Of a DNA stretch of 64,000 bases, positions 1 through 11,161 are shown piece after piece. The translations under genes and the position numbers were made by a program. The notes under the pieces were generated by a model that saw only the letters and a program-made list of their open reading frames with translations, was not told the DNA's origin and did no database searches. This stretch comes from Myxococcota bacterium (GTDB lineage Bacteria; Myxococcota_A; UBA9160; SZUA-336): contig CBDFGR010000003.1 of assembly GCA_965247115.1 (NCBI GenBank), forward strand, positions 2,176,001 to 2,240,000, written 5' to 3'. Every line of letters starts with the position of its first letter. The stretch's first letter is position 1.

Positions 1-1060
1 GGCGCAGCAGGTGATCGCACAGAACGAGACACACCATGGCCTCGACCATGGGCACCGCGCGAGGGAGTACGCACGGATCGTGGCGGCCCTGGGCCTCCAG
101 GACGACAGACTCCAGGTCCCGGTTCACGGTCTCCTGCTGCTTTCGGATGGTGGCAGTGGGCTTGAATGCGGCGCGTACGACGATCGGCTCGCCGTTCGAG
201 ATCCCGCCCTGCACGCCGCCCGAGCGGTTGGAACGAGTGCGCACCTGACCCGCTTCGGCGTAGAACGGGTCGTTGTGTTCGCTCCCTTTCAACAGCGTGC
301 CCGCAAAGCCAGATCCGATCTCGAAACCCTTGCAAGCAGGAAGCGAGAGCAGCGCCCGTGCGAGCTCAGCCTCGAGCTTGTCGAACACCGGCTCACCCAG
401 ACCGGGTGGGACAAGGTGCGCCACGCAGGTCACGACGCCACCGAGGGAGTCCCCCTCGTTGCGCGCGAGATCGATGCGATCGATGATGGTCTGGGCCGCT
501 TCGGGATCCGGGCAGCGCGTTGGACCGGCCTCCACCTGCGCGCGTGTCACCCGAAGCGGATCGGACTTGCACTCGATGGTGTGCACGCGACTCACGAACC
601 CGGTGATCTCTCCGAGGCCCGCGAGCGCCAGCACCTTGCGCGCGATCGCTCCCGCGGCAACACGCCCGATGGTCTCGCGCGCACTTGCGCGCCCCCCTCC
701 CTGCCAGTTGCGGACCCCGTACTTCGCCTCGTAGGTGTAGTCCGCGTGCGAGGGTCGATAAACGTCGCGCAGCTCCTCGTACGCTTCGGGCCGCGCGTCC
801 CTGTTGTCGACGGCGATCAGAATGGGCGTTCCGAGAGTCTCTCCCTCGAACACCCCAGACAGAATCCGCGCCCGGTCCTCCTCCTGCCGCGGTGAAGTCA
901 GCCGACTCTGCCCAGGCCGCCTCCGATCCAGCTCAACCTGAATCTCCTCGACCCCGAGCGAAATCCCCGGCGGACACCCATCGACCACCACCCCGACCCC
1001 GCCCCCGTGCGACTCCCCCCAGGTATGCACCCGAAACAACCGCCCAAAAGAAGACCCCAT
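1..1060 (-). CDS. aroC: Chorismate synthase (3' end outside window)
   Basis: Manual translation from ATG at 1060: [32 protein letters not shown]...RRRPGQS, the chorismate synthase N-terminal signature. Missing from the ORF track because it runs off the left edge. Confidence 0.95.
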   Translation of the reverse strand, partial: MGSSFGRLFRVHTWGESHGGGVGVVVDGCPPGISLGVEEIQVELDRRRPGQSRLTSPRQEEDRARILSGVFEGETLGTPILIAVDNRDARPEAYEELRDVYRPSHADYTYEAKYGVRNWQGGGRASARETIGRVAAGAIARKVLALAGLGEITGFVSRVHTIECKSDPLRVTRAQVEAGPTRCPDPEAAQTIIDRIDLARNEGDSLGGVVTCVAHLVPPGLGEPVFDKLEAELARALLSLPACKGFEIGSGFAGTLLKGSEHNDPFYAEAGQVRTRSNRSGGVQGGISNGEPIVVRAAFKPTATIRKQQETVNRDLESVVLEAQGRHDPCVLPRAVPMVEAMVCLVLCDHLLR

Positions 1061-1075
1061 CCCCAAATTCTAGCG

Positions 1076-2065
1076 CCGAACTTAGGGACGGTCCTTAATC
1101 CGAACTTTTCGGATCACGACCACTCCGAGCACCAGCGCCTCGTCGCACATGGCGGCTGACGGCCGAATCTGAGACGCCGAGCGCCTCGGCGATGAAGATC
1201 TTGGACAGCCCCAGTTCGACTGCTGCGCGATAGGCGATCTCTGTGCGGGCTCTTGAAGTCGCGCGATCTCTGCGACCCTGGATCAGGCCCACCGGATCGA
1301 TGCCATGAGTACGGCAGACCTCGTGGATTAGATGTTGGACTCGACTCGGCGGAGTCTCTCCGCTGGAGTCTGACGCCGGGTCGACGCCCGCCTGCATGAA
1401 GCGATTCAGCACGCTCCGCGCTCTGGTCAGGTCGCTGGCGAAGAGAGCGAGCGCCTTGGTCGAATGATGGAACTGTTGCGGGCGAATCGCCCATGAGTGC
1501 CGCGTGTCCGGACCAAGGATAGCGTCTGAGAGACGCCAAGGAGTCTACGATCCCGGCGGTCACCGGATTCAGATGGACGTAGCGGATCAGATTCAGGAGG
1601 TCGTTATCATCACGGACGAGTCGCGACTTGAACCTGTTCTGGACTAGATGCCCCACACGCCCGTGGCGCTGGTTGAAATACATCGCGTAGCCAGTGCCAA
1701 CTCGGGCCATCACGCGGCCGACTGGGACCTCCCCTGTCCGAACGACGAGATGGTAGTGATTCGACATCAACACCCAGGCGTAGCACGAGCAACCAGACTC
1801 GGGGAGGACATCCGAGAGACGTCTCAGGAGGTCTCGGGCGTCCCGATCGTCTTTGAAGATGTCGCGGCGATCGACTCCGCGAACCATCACATGATGAACG
1901 GCGCCAGGAGCATCCAGACGAGGGCCACGCGGCAAGAGATGACCTCAAGCTTCGGGACCCTGTTGAGGGAGTCGATAACATGCTTTCGGCAAACTCTCCA
2001 GTTGTCGGCGATCGAAAAAGTTCGGATTAAGGACCGTCCCCAAGTTCGGGACCGTCCCCCAGTTC
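1076..2065. mobile_element. RAYT (REP-associated tyrosine transposase) locus bounded by 34-bp inverted repeats
   Basis: Left IR CCGAACTTAGGGACGGTCCTTAATCCGAACTTTT (1076-1109) and right IR AAAAGTTCGGATTAAGGACCGTCCCCAAGTTCGG (2016-2049) differ at one position. An extra partial copy lies at 2049-2065. The IRs enclose an HUH transposase gene. Confidence 0.85.
1095..1935 (-). pseudogene. RAYT / Y1 HUH transposase with C-terminal HTH, frameshifted near 1476
   Basis: Motifs HHVMVRG, NHYHL (HUH), GHLVQNRFKS, RYVHLNP (catalytic Tyr) and YPWSG. The C-terminal HTH-like part (IAEALGVSDSAVSR) is in another frame (1095-1412); 841 nt = 280 codons + 1. Confidence 0.8.
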
Positions 2066-3109
2066 TAGGTGGAGGACCTTTTTGGTGAGGGTGGAGAGGG
2101 GGAGGGTGTTTGCGGTTTTGCTTGTGCACCAGCGGGCTTCTTTCGCAAGGCCGGGGCGGAGGCGGCTTGGGAGGAGGCAGAGGGTGAAGAGGTTCAGGGT
2201 GAAGGCGCGGTGGGAAAGGGCGTGATGGATCGTGCCCACCGGTTCACCCGGTTGCGTCTTCAGGCCTGTGCGGTCTTGTAGGCCCTCGATGAGGGCGTTC
2301 ACACTTGTGCCTTCCGCGGTCGGGACTTCCCAGAGACCGCCCAGGATGCCTTTGCTGGGGCGGCGGAGCATGAGGAGTTTGTTCGCCCGTTTGACGATGC
2401 CGCAGGTGAGCGTGACCTCGCGCGGGGGGCTCTTCTCTTTTCGTGCTGGGTAGCGATTCGGGTCTCCGGAAGAGGCGGCGCGGCAGGACCGTCGCAAGGG
2501 GCAGGCCAGGCAGTTGGGGTTGCGCGGTTTGCAGACGGTGGCGCCGAGCTCCATGAGCGCCTGGTTGAAGCGTCCGGGTGTCTGGTCCGGGACGAGCTCC
2601 TCGGCTTTGGTCCAGGTGTCTGCGTCGGAGAGTGCGGGCTCCGCAACCAGGCGTGCGATCACTCGTCTGACGTTTGCGTCGACAATGGCGGCAGGCTCGT
2701 CGAACGCAATGCTGCGGATGGCTCCGCTCGTGTAGCGGCCGATGCCGGGCAGGTTGCGCAGTGCAGCGGCATCGCGCGGCACGGCGCCGTCGTGCTCCCG
2801 CAGCATCAGTTCTGCGGCGCGCTTCAGGTGACGCGCTCGTGCGTAGTACCCGAGGCCGGCCCACTCACGCAGGACGTCTTGCTCGTCCGCGACCGCGAGC
2901 GAGCGCAGCGTGGGGAAGCGCTCGATGAAGCGGTCGTAGTAGGGAATCACGGTCTCGACCCGGGTTTGCTGCAGCATCGACTCCGAGAGCCAGATGCGGT
3001 ACGGGTCTTTGGTCCTGCGCCAGGGCAAGTCCCGCTCGGCGCCGCGATACCAGTCGAGCAGGTGTCGCCGGATGGTGTCGCGTCTGTCGCGGGTGAAGCG
3101 GGGGATCAC
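2027..3109 (-). CDS. mutY: A/G-specific adenine glycosylase
   Basis: LPWR, SESMLQQT, GLGYY, LPGIGRYT and the C-x6-C-x2-C-x5-C FeS motif. GTG start overlaps the upstream stop; the stop lies inside the RAYT right IR. Confidence 0.93.
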   Translation of the reverse strand: MIPRFTRDRRDTIRRHLLDWYRGAERDLPWRRTKDPYRIWLSESMLQQTRVETVIPYYDRFIERFPTLRSLAVADEQDVLREWAGLGYYARARHLKRAAELMLREHDGAVPRDAAALRNLPGIGRYTSGAIRSIAFDEPAAIVDANVRRVIARLVAEPALSDADTWTKAEELVPDQTPGRFNQALMELGATVCKPRNPNCLACPLRRSCRAASSGDPNRYPARKEKSPPREVTLTCGIVKRANKLLMLRRPSKGILGGLWEVPTAEGTSVNALIEGLQDRTGLKTQPGEPVGTIHHALSHRAFTLNLFTLCLLPSRLRPGLAKEARWCTSKTANTLPLSTLTKKVLHLELGDGPELGDGP

Positions 3110-4434
3110 GGGGTCTGGGCGATCGGGACCTCGAACTTGACCTCGATGTGCTCCTGGATCCACTTCTCGTCAAACCACTCGAGTGGATCTACGAATACTC
3201 CGCTCACCAGCATGGCGTAGTGCAGGTGATCGCCACCGGCGAGCCCCGTCGTGCCTGTGTGCCCGAGCTCGTCGCCGCGAGAGACTAAGGCGCCGTGCTC
3301 GACACTGAAGTCGGAGAGGTGGCCGTACATGCTGAACAGCCCGAGCCCGTGGTCGAGAATGACGCAGTTTCCGTAGATGCCCAGGTTGTCCGCGTAAACC
3401 ACCACCCCGTCGTTGGCCGCCGGGATCGGCGCTCGCGCGGTGGAGGCCAGGTCGTAGCCAAGATGCACCTGGCGGTCGACGGCCTCGTCCAGGTAGCGAT
3501 AGGTTCGGCGTGCGGCGAAGCTCGTTCCCACGCTCGAGTTGGGCAGCTGAAGGAACGCGCCCTGCCAGAGTCGATCCTGGCTCGAGTCCGAGCAGATTTC
3601 GCTGATGCTCGCCGCGTTCTCTGCGCGCACGTCGCGGTTGAGGGTCAGGTAGCCTGCGAGCACGTCCTGGGCCTGGCCCCCGGAGATCTCGGCGATCTTG
3701 GCGCTCATGAACTGCTCATTGAGACCGATCGAGTCCTCGGGAAAGCTGCGTTCGATCACTTCGATACGGACCGCCACGGAGGACTCGTTTCCAGCCCGAT
3801 CGGCAGCCATGAGGGAGGGAACCGCGTCGGGCGGCGTATCCGGAGGCAGCGCGTAGAACGCGACCCTCTTGGTCGGCTCGGAGGGATGCGGGAAGCCCGG
3901 GAAGAAGAGCTCGCCGAGCAGCACGCCGTCCGTCGCGGGCTCCTCGTCGACCTCGTACACGACCAGCTCGGTCCCGCCGCGGCGCACGTACGTGAGTCCG
4001 GTCTCGAGTCGAATTCGGGGGGTGCGGGTGTCGATCACCAGGGGTACGGACTCCCTTGCGATGTTTCCGGCCCACGAGTAGTCCATCGCCTCGATGTGGA
4101 GAACGGCCTGCCCGTCTGCCAACCCCATTGCGAGGGGATCGACGACGGCCTCAAGACGCTGGGGGCCGCTGCGATCGCCTCCGGTGAAGAGATTCCCCGG
4201 ATACGTGACATCCTCGAGCTCGTGCTCCACGCCGTCCTTCTCGAGCCAGATCCGGACGTGCTGCACGCCCGTACCCTCGTCCGAGATCCCGACCTCGTGG
4301 GGGTAGGTCTCCCCGATCCACTCGACTGCTGTTCTCGTCCTGATCTCGGGGGCGCTTCTCTCGAAGCGAGTGAACAGGTAGCCGGTCAGCCCACCGGCAA
4401 GTCCAATGAGTAGAATCCAAACAGCGATGCGCAT
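3106..4434 (-). CDS. M23 family metallopeptidase
   Basis: N-terminal TM segment; HLGYD, MYGHL and GDHLHY M23 motifs. Confidence 0.9.
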   Translation of the reverse strand: MRIAVWILLIGLAGGLTGYLFTRFERSAPEIRTRTAVEWIGETYPHEVGISDEGTGVQHVRIWLEKDGVEHELEDVTYPGNLFTGGDRSGPQRLEAVVDPLAMGLADGQAVLHIEAMDYSWAGNIARESVPLVIDTRTPRIRLETGLTYVRRGGTELVVYEVDEEPATDGVLLGELFFPGFPHPSEPTKRVAFYALPPDTPPDAVPSLMAADRAGNESSVAVRIEVIERSFPEDSIGLNEQFMSAKIAEISGGQAQDVLAGYLTLNRDVRAENAASISEICSDSSQDRLWQGAFLQLPNSSVGTSFAARRTYRYLDEAVDRQVHLGYDLASTARAPIPAANDGVVVYADNLGIYGNCVILDHGLGLFSMYGHLSDFSVEHGALVSRGDELGHTGTTGLAGGDHLHYAMLVSGVFVDPLEWFDEKWIQEHIEVKFEVPIAQTP

Positions 4435-4473
4435 CGCGGGCTCACCCCCCTTGCGATGTCGTGAGAGAGCGGA

Positions 4474-6438
<1,965 letters not shown>

Positions 6439-6446
6439 GTCGTCTC

Positions 6447-7763
6447 CTAGTCGCGCATCCAGCTCTCGACCTCGTCGACGATCTTCGGGATCGCCGCGGT
6501 GAGGTTCTCGAAGCCGTCTTCCGTGATGACAAGGTCGTCCTCGATGCGAACCCCGATGCCGCGCAGGTGATCGGGAGACTTCTCCTCCGTCGTGCTGAAG
6601 TAAAGGCCGGGCTCGACCGTGAAGCACATGCCAGGTTCCAGCGGTCGGGGCTTTCCGTCGAGGTAGTAGTTGCCCACGTCGTGCACGTCGAGTCCCAAAA
6701 AGTGGCCGGTCCGATGCATGTAGAAGGGCTTGTAGGCCTCGGTCTTGATCAGCTCGTCCTTGTCGCCGCTGAGCGCGCGGAGCTCCACCAGGCACTCGAC
6801 CAGCTTGTCCAGTGCGGCATCGTGAATGCTCTGCAGCGTGGCGCCCGGCCGCGTCGCTGCGAAGGCGGCTTCCTGGGCCTCGAGCACGGCCTGGTAGACG
6901 TCGCGGGTGGCGCCTTCGAAGCGGCCTCCGACTGGGTAGGTGCGTGTGACGTCCGAAGCGTAGGAGTCCAGCTCCACGCCTGCGTCGATCAGGACCAGGC
7001 TGCCCTCGACGAGGGTGTCGCTGTTCTCGATGTAGTGCAGGATCGTCGCGTTGTCGCCCGACCCCACGATGCTGGAGTAGGCCGGGCCGTTGCCGCCCCG
7101 CTTGCGAAAGATCCACTCGAGCTCCGCCTGGATCTCGTACTCCGTGCGGCCCGGCTGGCACAGCCTGGCCGCGGCGTGGTGCGCCTCACACGAGATGACT
7201 GCGGCGGCGCGCATGATGTCGAGCTCGGCTTCCGACTTGCGCATGCGCATCTCGTGAACGAGCGCCTGGGGCGAAACGACCTCGTTGGGAAGCGTAACGC
7301 CCCTGCGTACCCTTCCGCGCACGTCATCCTGGGCTGCGAGCACCACTTCGTCGATCGCAGGGTCGAGCCCGAAGCTGTGATACAGGCGCGGTCGATTCTC
7401 GATCAGGTCGGGCAGCCTCGTGCGGAGCTGGTCGATCGGATACGCCTCGTCGGCTCCGAACTGCTCGATGGCTCCCGCCGTTCCGGGGCGCCGCCCGTTC
7501 CACGTCTCCATGAGCGGGTCTCTCGGCTGTACGAAGAACAGAAAGCGATCCCGGGTGAGGACAGCGACGGCCTCGGGCTGGTCGAACCCGGTCAGGTAGT
7601 GCAGGTCGGAGTCCTGGCGAAAGACGTAGTCCGTGTCGTTTGAGCGCTGGCGCAAGCGCGCACCAGGAACGATGGCCACGCCCTCGCCCAGCTCCGCCTG
7701 AAAGCGCTTCCGTCGCTGTGCGTGCTCTGCCTGGGGTATGAACTCGGGCTTGCTCAAGGACAT
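6447..7763 (-). CDS. pepP: Xaa-Pro aminopeptidase
   Basis: [36 protein letters not shown] and GVRIEDD motifs. Confidence 0.93.
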   Translation of the reverse strand: MSLSKPEFIPQAEHAQRRKRFQAELGEGVAIVPGARLRQRSNDTDYVFRQDSDLHYLTGFDQPEAVAVLTRDRFLFFVQPRDPLMETWNGRRPGTAGAIEQFGADEAYPIDQLRTRLPDLIENRPRLYHSFGLDPAIDEVVLAAQDDVRGRVRRGVTLPNEVVSPQALVHEMRMRKSEAELDIMRAAAVISCEAHHAAARLCQPGRTEYEIQAELEWIFRKRGGNGPAYSSIVGSGDNATILHYIENSDTLVEGSLVLIDAGVELDSYASDVTRTYPVGGRFEGATRDVYQAVLEAQEAAFAATRPGATLQSIHDAALDKLVECLVELRALSGDKDELIKTEAYKPFYMHRTGHFLGLDVHDVGNYYLDGKPRPLEPGMCFTVEPGLYFSTTEEKSPDHLRGIGVRIEDDLVITEDGFENLTAAIPKIVDEVESWMRD

Positions 7764-7780
7764 CCTCGTCTCCAGCGGCG

Positions 7781-9019
7781 TCAGCCCTTCAGCGGGGCGC
7801 CCTTCGAGCTGCGCCGTCCCCGGCTGCGCGTGCGCTTGCCGGGCGGCTCTCCCGTCGAACGGGCCATCTTGTCCGCGCGTTCGGTCGCCGTGACCAGCAG
7901 CGCCTCATCACCGAAGGCATCGACCCACCACTCCTTGAGCATGCTCAGCTTGCGGAGCTCGTCGACACTCGCACAATCCGCACAAGCGATCTCCTCGAGC
8001 GTTGCGTTGGGACAGAACACTCCCGGGTCGAGCTCGAGATCCTTGGATTGCTTCGCGCGCCACTGCTTAAGCTGCTCGAGGCGTCCCTCGCCGCGTCGAT
8101 CGAGGCGCCTGCGGACACCGCGTGCGGGCTTCGGCTCGATGGGCTCGTGCTCCGGGCCCTCCAGACCCCGTGCCACGGCGTCCGTGAGCTCTTGGCCCAT
8201 GCGCCGCATCACGAGCTCCGTCACACCCTTGCGCTTGGTGTAGGAACGTCGGGAGCGCGGCGGATTCTGGGCCAGGTCTATCAGCGTTCCGTTTCCGAGC
8301 AGCCGAAAGGGAGGCCGATCGGCGGCGCGCGCGCGCTGATCGCGCATCAAGAAGAGCTCGCGCAGGATCGCCAGCCCTCGAGCCGAGAGCTTCTTGGCAC
8401 CTTTGATCTTGAGATACCCCTGCTTGTCGAAGCTCCGCTCGGGCCAGACCCGCTTCTCGAGTGCATGGAACTCCTCCATCGCCCAGCTCAAGCGCTTCTT
8501 CGCCTTGAGCTCACGCTCGAGGATCCGCGAGATCTCGATCAGGTACTTCACGTCCGCGCCCGCGTACTCCAGCTGCGCGGGGCGCAGCGGGCGGCGCGAC
8601 CAGTCGGTACGCTGCTGGTCCTTAGAGAGCTTCACGTCGAAGTGTCGTTCAACGAGTGAAGCCAGCCCGACGGATTCGTACCCGAGCAGCTGTGCAGAGA
8701 CCATCGTATCGAACAGGTTCTGGACCCGGATGCCGCTGTGGCGCTGGAGCACGTACAGGTCGTACTCGGCGGCATGAAAGACCGTGCGAACGGCCGGGTC
8801 CGCAAAGATCCTGGCGAGCGGCTTCAAGCCGTTCTGTCCCAGGGCCAGGGGATCAATCAGATAGATGCCGGACCTGGCCGAGATCTGCACCAGGCAGATC
8901 TTCTCGAAGTAGTGGAAAAACGAGTCCGCCTCCGTGTCGACACCGATCACGGGCTCACCACGCAGCTTTCTGGCGAGGTCCTCCACTGCTTTGGTCGTCT
9001 GAAGAAAGGGGTAGGACAT
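7781..9019 (-). CDS. rnd: Ribonuclease D (3'-5' exonuclease + HRDC)
   Basis: VDTE, FHAAEYD, FDT and DWSRRPL motifs. Start at 9019 or 9052. Confidence 0.88.
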   Translation of the reverse strand: MSYPFLQTTKAVEDLARKLRGEPVIGVDTEADSFFHYFEKICLVQISARSGIYLIDPLALGQNGLKPLARIFADPAVRTVFHAAEYDLYVLQRHSGIRVQNLFDTMVSAQLLGYESVGLASLVERHFDVKLSKDQQRTDWSRRPLRPAQLEYAGADVKYLIEISRILERELKAKKRLSWAMEEFHALEKRVWPERSFDKQGYLKIKGAKKLSARGLAILRELFLMRDQRARAADRPPFRLLGNGTLIDLAQNPPRSRRSYTKRKGVTELVMRRMGQELTDAVARGLEGPEHEPIEPKPARGVRRRLDRRGEGRLEQLKQWRAKQSKDLELDPGVFCPNATLEEIACADCASVDELRKLSMLKEWWVDAFGDEALLVTATERADKMARSTGEPPGKRTRSRGRRSSKGAPLKG

Positions 9020-9197
9020 GGGTCCCGGGGACTGCTCCTTCCCGATCGGCATGACCTGGACAGCACGGCCTGGGGAGGAGTCCGGCGAGCCAGGCGAAAG
9101 CCGAGTCATTCTAACCGCTTGCCTGGCCAGGGCCAATCCGAGCCGGCCGTTTTCTGAGCGGGTGATTTACCCCGCAATTGGCCGGGTTGCAGTGTAT

Positions 9198-9611
9198 TTA
9201 GGAGTCTCCGGAGCTCTTGAGGACCTGGAGGAGCTGGTCTTCCAGGCGCTCGTGGGCGCTGAAGCTGTTCAGAAAAGCCTCGAGCATCGCTCGAGCCGCA
9301 TCGAGATGCACCCGGCCGATCTGCTCGCCGATGCGCTCGAGATCGTCTCGGATCCCGATGTGGGCCAGGCGCAGGCTGTGGATTGGCTGGGCCTGCTCCG
9401 GGCTGCGTTCCTCGGTCAGCGGGAAGACGACCTCGTCCTCCGTCCGGAGGTGGTCGCGGATCACGCTCTCGAACTCGCGGAAGGCCGTACCGACCTGCTC
9501 CGCCTCCCCGCTGTCGAGCGCCGCGATCAGCTTGCGAATCAGCCCGCTGACCTCGCCGCGCTCGGCCCACCAACCCCTGAGATCCCGAACGTCGCTCGGT
9601 GTCTCTGTCAT
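9198..9611 (-). CDS. Hemerythrin/HHE-domain protein
   Basis: HLRTEDEVVFP, H and HERLED motifs. Confidence 0.7.
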   Translation of the reverse strand: MTETPSDVRDLRGWWAERGEVSGLIRKLIAALDSGEAEQVGTAFREFESVIRDHLRTEDEVVFPLTEERSPEQAQPIHSLRLAHIGIRDDLERIGEQIGRVHLDAARAMLEAFLNSFSAHERLEDQLLQVLKSSGDS

Positions 9612-9629
9612 CGCGCCGCCAGTCTACTA

Positions 9630-9692
9630 CGCACGCGGACCGCGGTCCTTCGCACGGCTACTGCGGTCCTCCGCACGGCTGCTGCGGTCGCC
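9630..9692 (+). repeat. Imperfect 21-bp tandem repeat, three copies
   Basis: cgcacgcggaccgcggtcctt / cgcacggctactgcggtcctc / cgcacggctgctgcggtcgcc. Confidence 0.75.
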
Positions 9693-11069
9693 ACACTGGC
9701 CTGGGTCACCCTGCTGTCCCCGCATGGCGCCGCGTGGGCGAATGGGTTGGCCTGGAGGCCATGCGGGGACGGGCTCGAGTGCGCTGCCCTCCGGGTCCCA
9801 GTGGAGCACGAGCGCCCCGAGCGTGCGACTCTGGAGATCGCACTGATCAGGCGACCGGCTGGAGACCCCGCTCGACGGATCGGCCCACTCGTCGTCAACC
9901 CCGGCGGACCGGGAGCGTCGGGCGTCGGCTACCTGCGCGCGACGGTTTCGCAGCTGGACCCGAAGCTGCTTGCCCGCTTCGACGTGGTGAGCTTCGATCC
10001 GCGCGGGGTCGGTAGAAGTGCGGGTCTCGACTGTCACGACGATCTCGCGCGCTGGCTCGGTGTGGATCCTTCTCCAGACGACGAAGCGGAGTGGCTGGTC
10101 CTGGCGGAATCCGCGCGAGCGTTGGCGCAGCGTTGCGCGGACCGCCACGGCGGGGTGCTGCCTCACGTCGGTACCCCCGACGTGGCGAGGGACCTCGAGC
10201 TGCTGCGCAGGGCGCTGGGAGCGGAGCAGCTGTCCTATCTCGGCTTGTCCTATGGCAGTCTGCTGGGCGCCGTCTACGCGGAGCTCTATCCCGAGCGCGT
10301 GCGGGCCTTCGTGCTGGACGGCGCCCTGCTGCCCGGCCAGACGCTCGCCGAGTTCACGCTCGAGCAGTCCGTTGCCCTGGAGCGCGCCTTCGAGCCGCCG
10401 GCCGAGCTGTCACGCGTAACGGTGCGGATCGAGCGAGAAGGTATTCCTTCGTCAGATGGCGCTCGGCCTGCGGGACCCGCCGATCTGACCCTTGCCCTCG
10501 CCCAGTCGCTCTACCTGCCGCACACGGGTTCGCGCGCGCTGCGCCGGGCGCTGGCTCGCGCGCTCGAAGGTGATGGCTCTGGACTCGTCTCCCTGGCGGA
10601 CACCTACCTGGAGAGGCGCCCCGACGGCAGCTATCCGAACAGTTTCGAGGCGAACCTGGCAGTTACGTGTCTGGACCTGGCTGCCCCCAGGAGTCTGGCG
10701 GAGTGGCGCGCGGTGGCCGAGGAGATTTCACGGGCGGCCCCCCTGTTCGGTCTCGCGAACTGGAATTGGGCAATGCCCTGCGTGTTCTGGCCCGCGGCTC
10801 CCGCTCCACTGTCGACACTCCGTGCCAGCGGCGCCGCCCCCATTCTCGTGGTGGCGAGGATCGGGGACCCTGTCACTCCCTTCGCCTGGGGCGAGGGACT
10901 CGCCACGGCTCTCCAGTCGGGGGTGCTGCTCCCAGTCGACGGGCCCGGCCACACCTCGAGCACCCGTGGAGACGAGTGTGTGGATGCGGTCATACGCGAC
11001 TACCTGCTCGAGGCGCGTCTCCCCCAGGCTCGAGGTTCTGAGCCCGCGACGCTCCCCCCCTGTCCTTGA
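9630..11069 (+). CDS. Secreted TAP-like alpha/beta hydrolase (start uncertain)
   Basis: NPGGPGASG, FDPRGVG, GLSYG, DPVTP and GH motifs; signal-peptide-like N-terminus. Confidence 0.85.
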   Translation, partial: RTRTAVLRTATAVLRTAAAVATLAWVTLLSPHGAAWANGLAWRPCGDGLECAALRVPVEHERPERATLEIALIRRPAGDPARRIGPLVVNPGGPGASGVGYLRATVSQLDPKLLARFDVVSFDPRGVGRSAGLDCHDDLARWLGVDPSPDDEAEWLVLAESARALAQRCADRHGGVLPHVGTPDVARDLELLRRALGAEQLSYLGLSYGSLLGAVYAELYPERVRAFVLDGALLPGQTLAEFTLEQSVALERAFEPPAELSRVTVRIEREGIPSSDGARPAGPADLTLALAQSLYLPHTGSRALRRALARALEGDGSGLVSLADTYLERRPDGSYPNSFEANLAVTCLDLAAPRSLAEWRAVAEEISRAAPLFGLANWNWAMPCVFWPAAPAPLSTLRASGAAPILVVARIGDPVTPFAWGEGLATALQSGVLLPVDGPGHTSSTRGDECVDAVIRDYLLEARLPQARGSEPATLPPCP

Positions 11070-11161
11070 TTGGCGCTCCGCGCCTCGGCGTGACGGCGCC
11101 CGCGCCTCGGGGTTGACCGGCGCTCGGCTGCCCAGCAGGACCCTGCTATCTTGCGTCGATC

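Noticed and set aside
11..895. 294-aa plus-strand ORF, and similar long ORFs such as 3295-4413, 34969-36285, 36433-38265 and 44372-45655
   Set aside because: Antisense shadows of recognisable genes, expected in high-GC DNA.
1095..1935. IS200/IS605 element
   Set aside because: No tnpB; the length, YPWSG motif, C-terminal HTH and flanking repeats fit a RAYT better.
1067..2068. TTCTAG on both sides of the RAYT locus as a target-site duplication
   Set aside because: It is not flush with both IRs and is not repeated at the other copies.
6439..7161. Apparent 240-aa N-terminal extension of Acs; similar extensions on the SDR, PP2C and TAP-like hydrolase
   Set aside because: These are alternate-frame or antisense readthrough of neighbouring genes, not real fusions.
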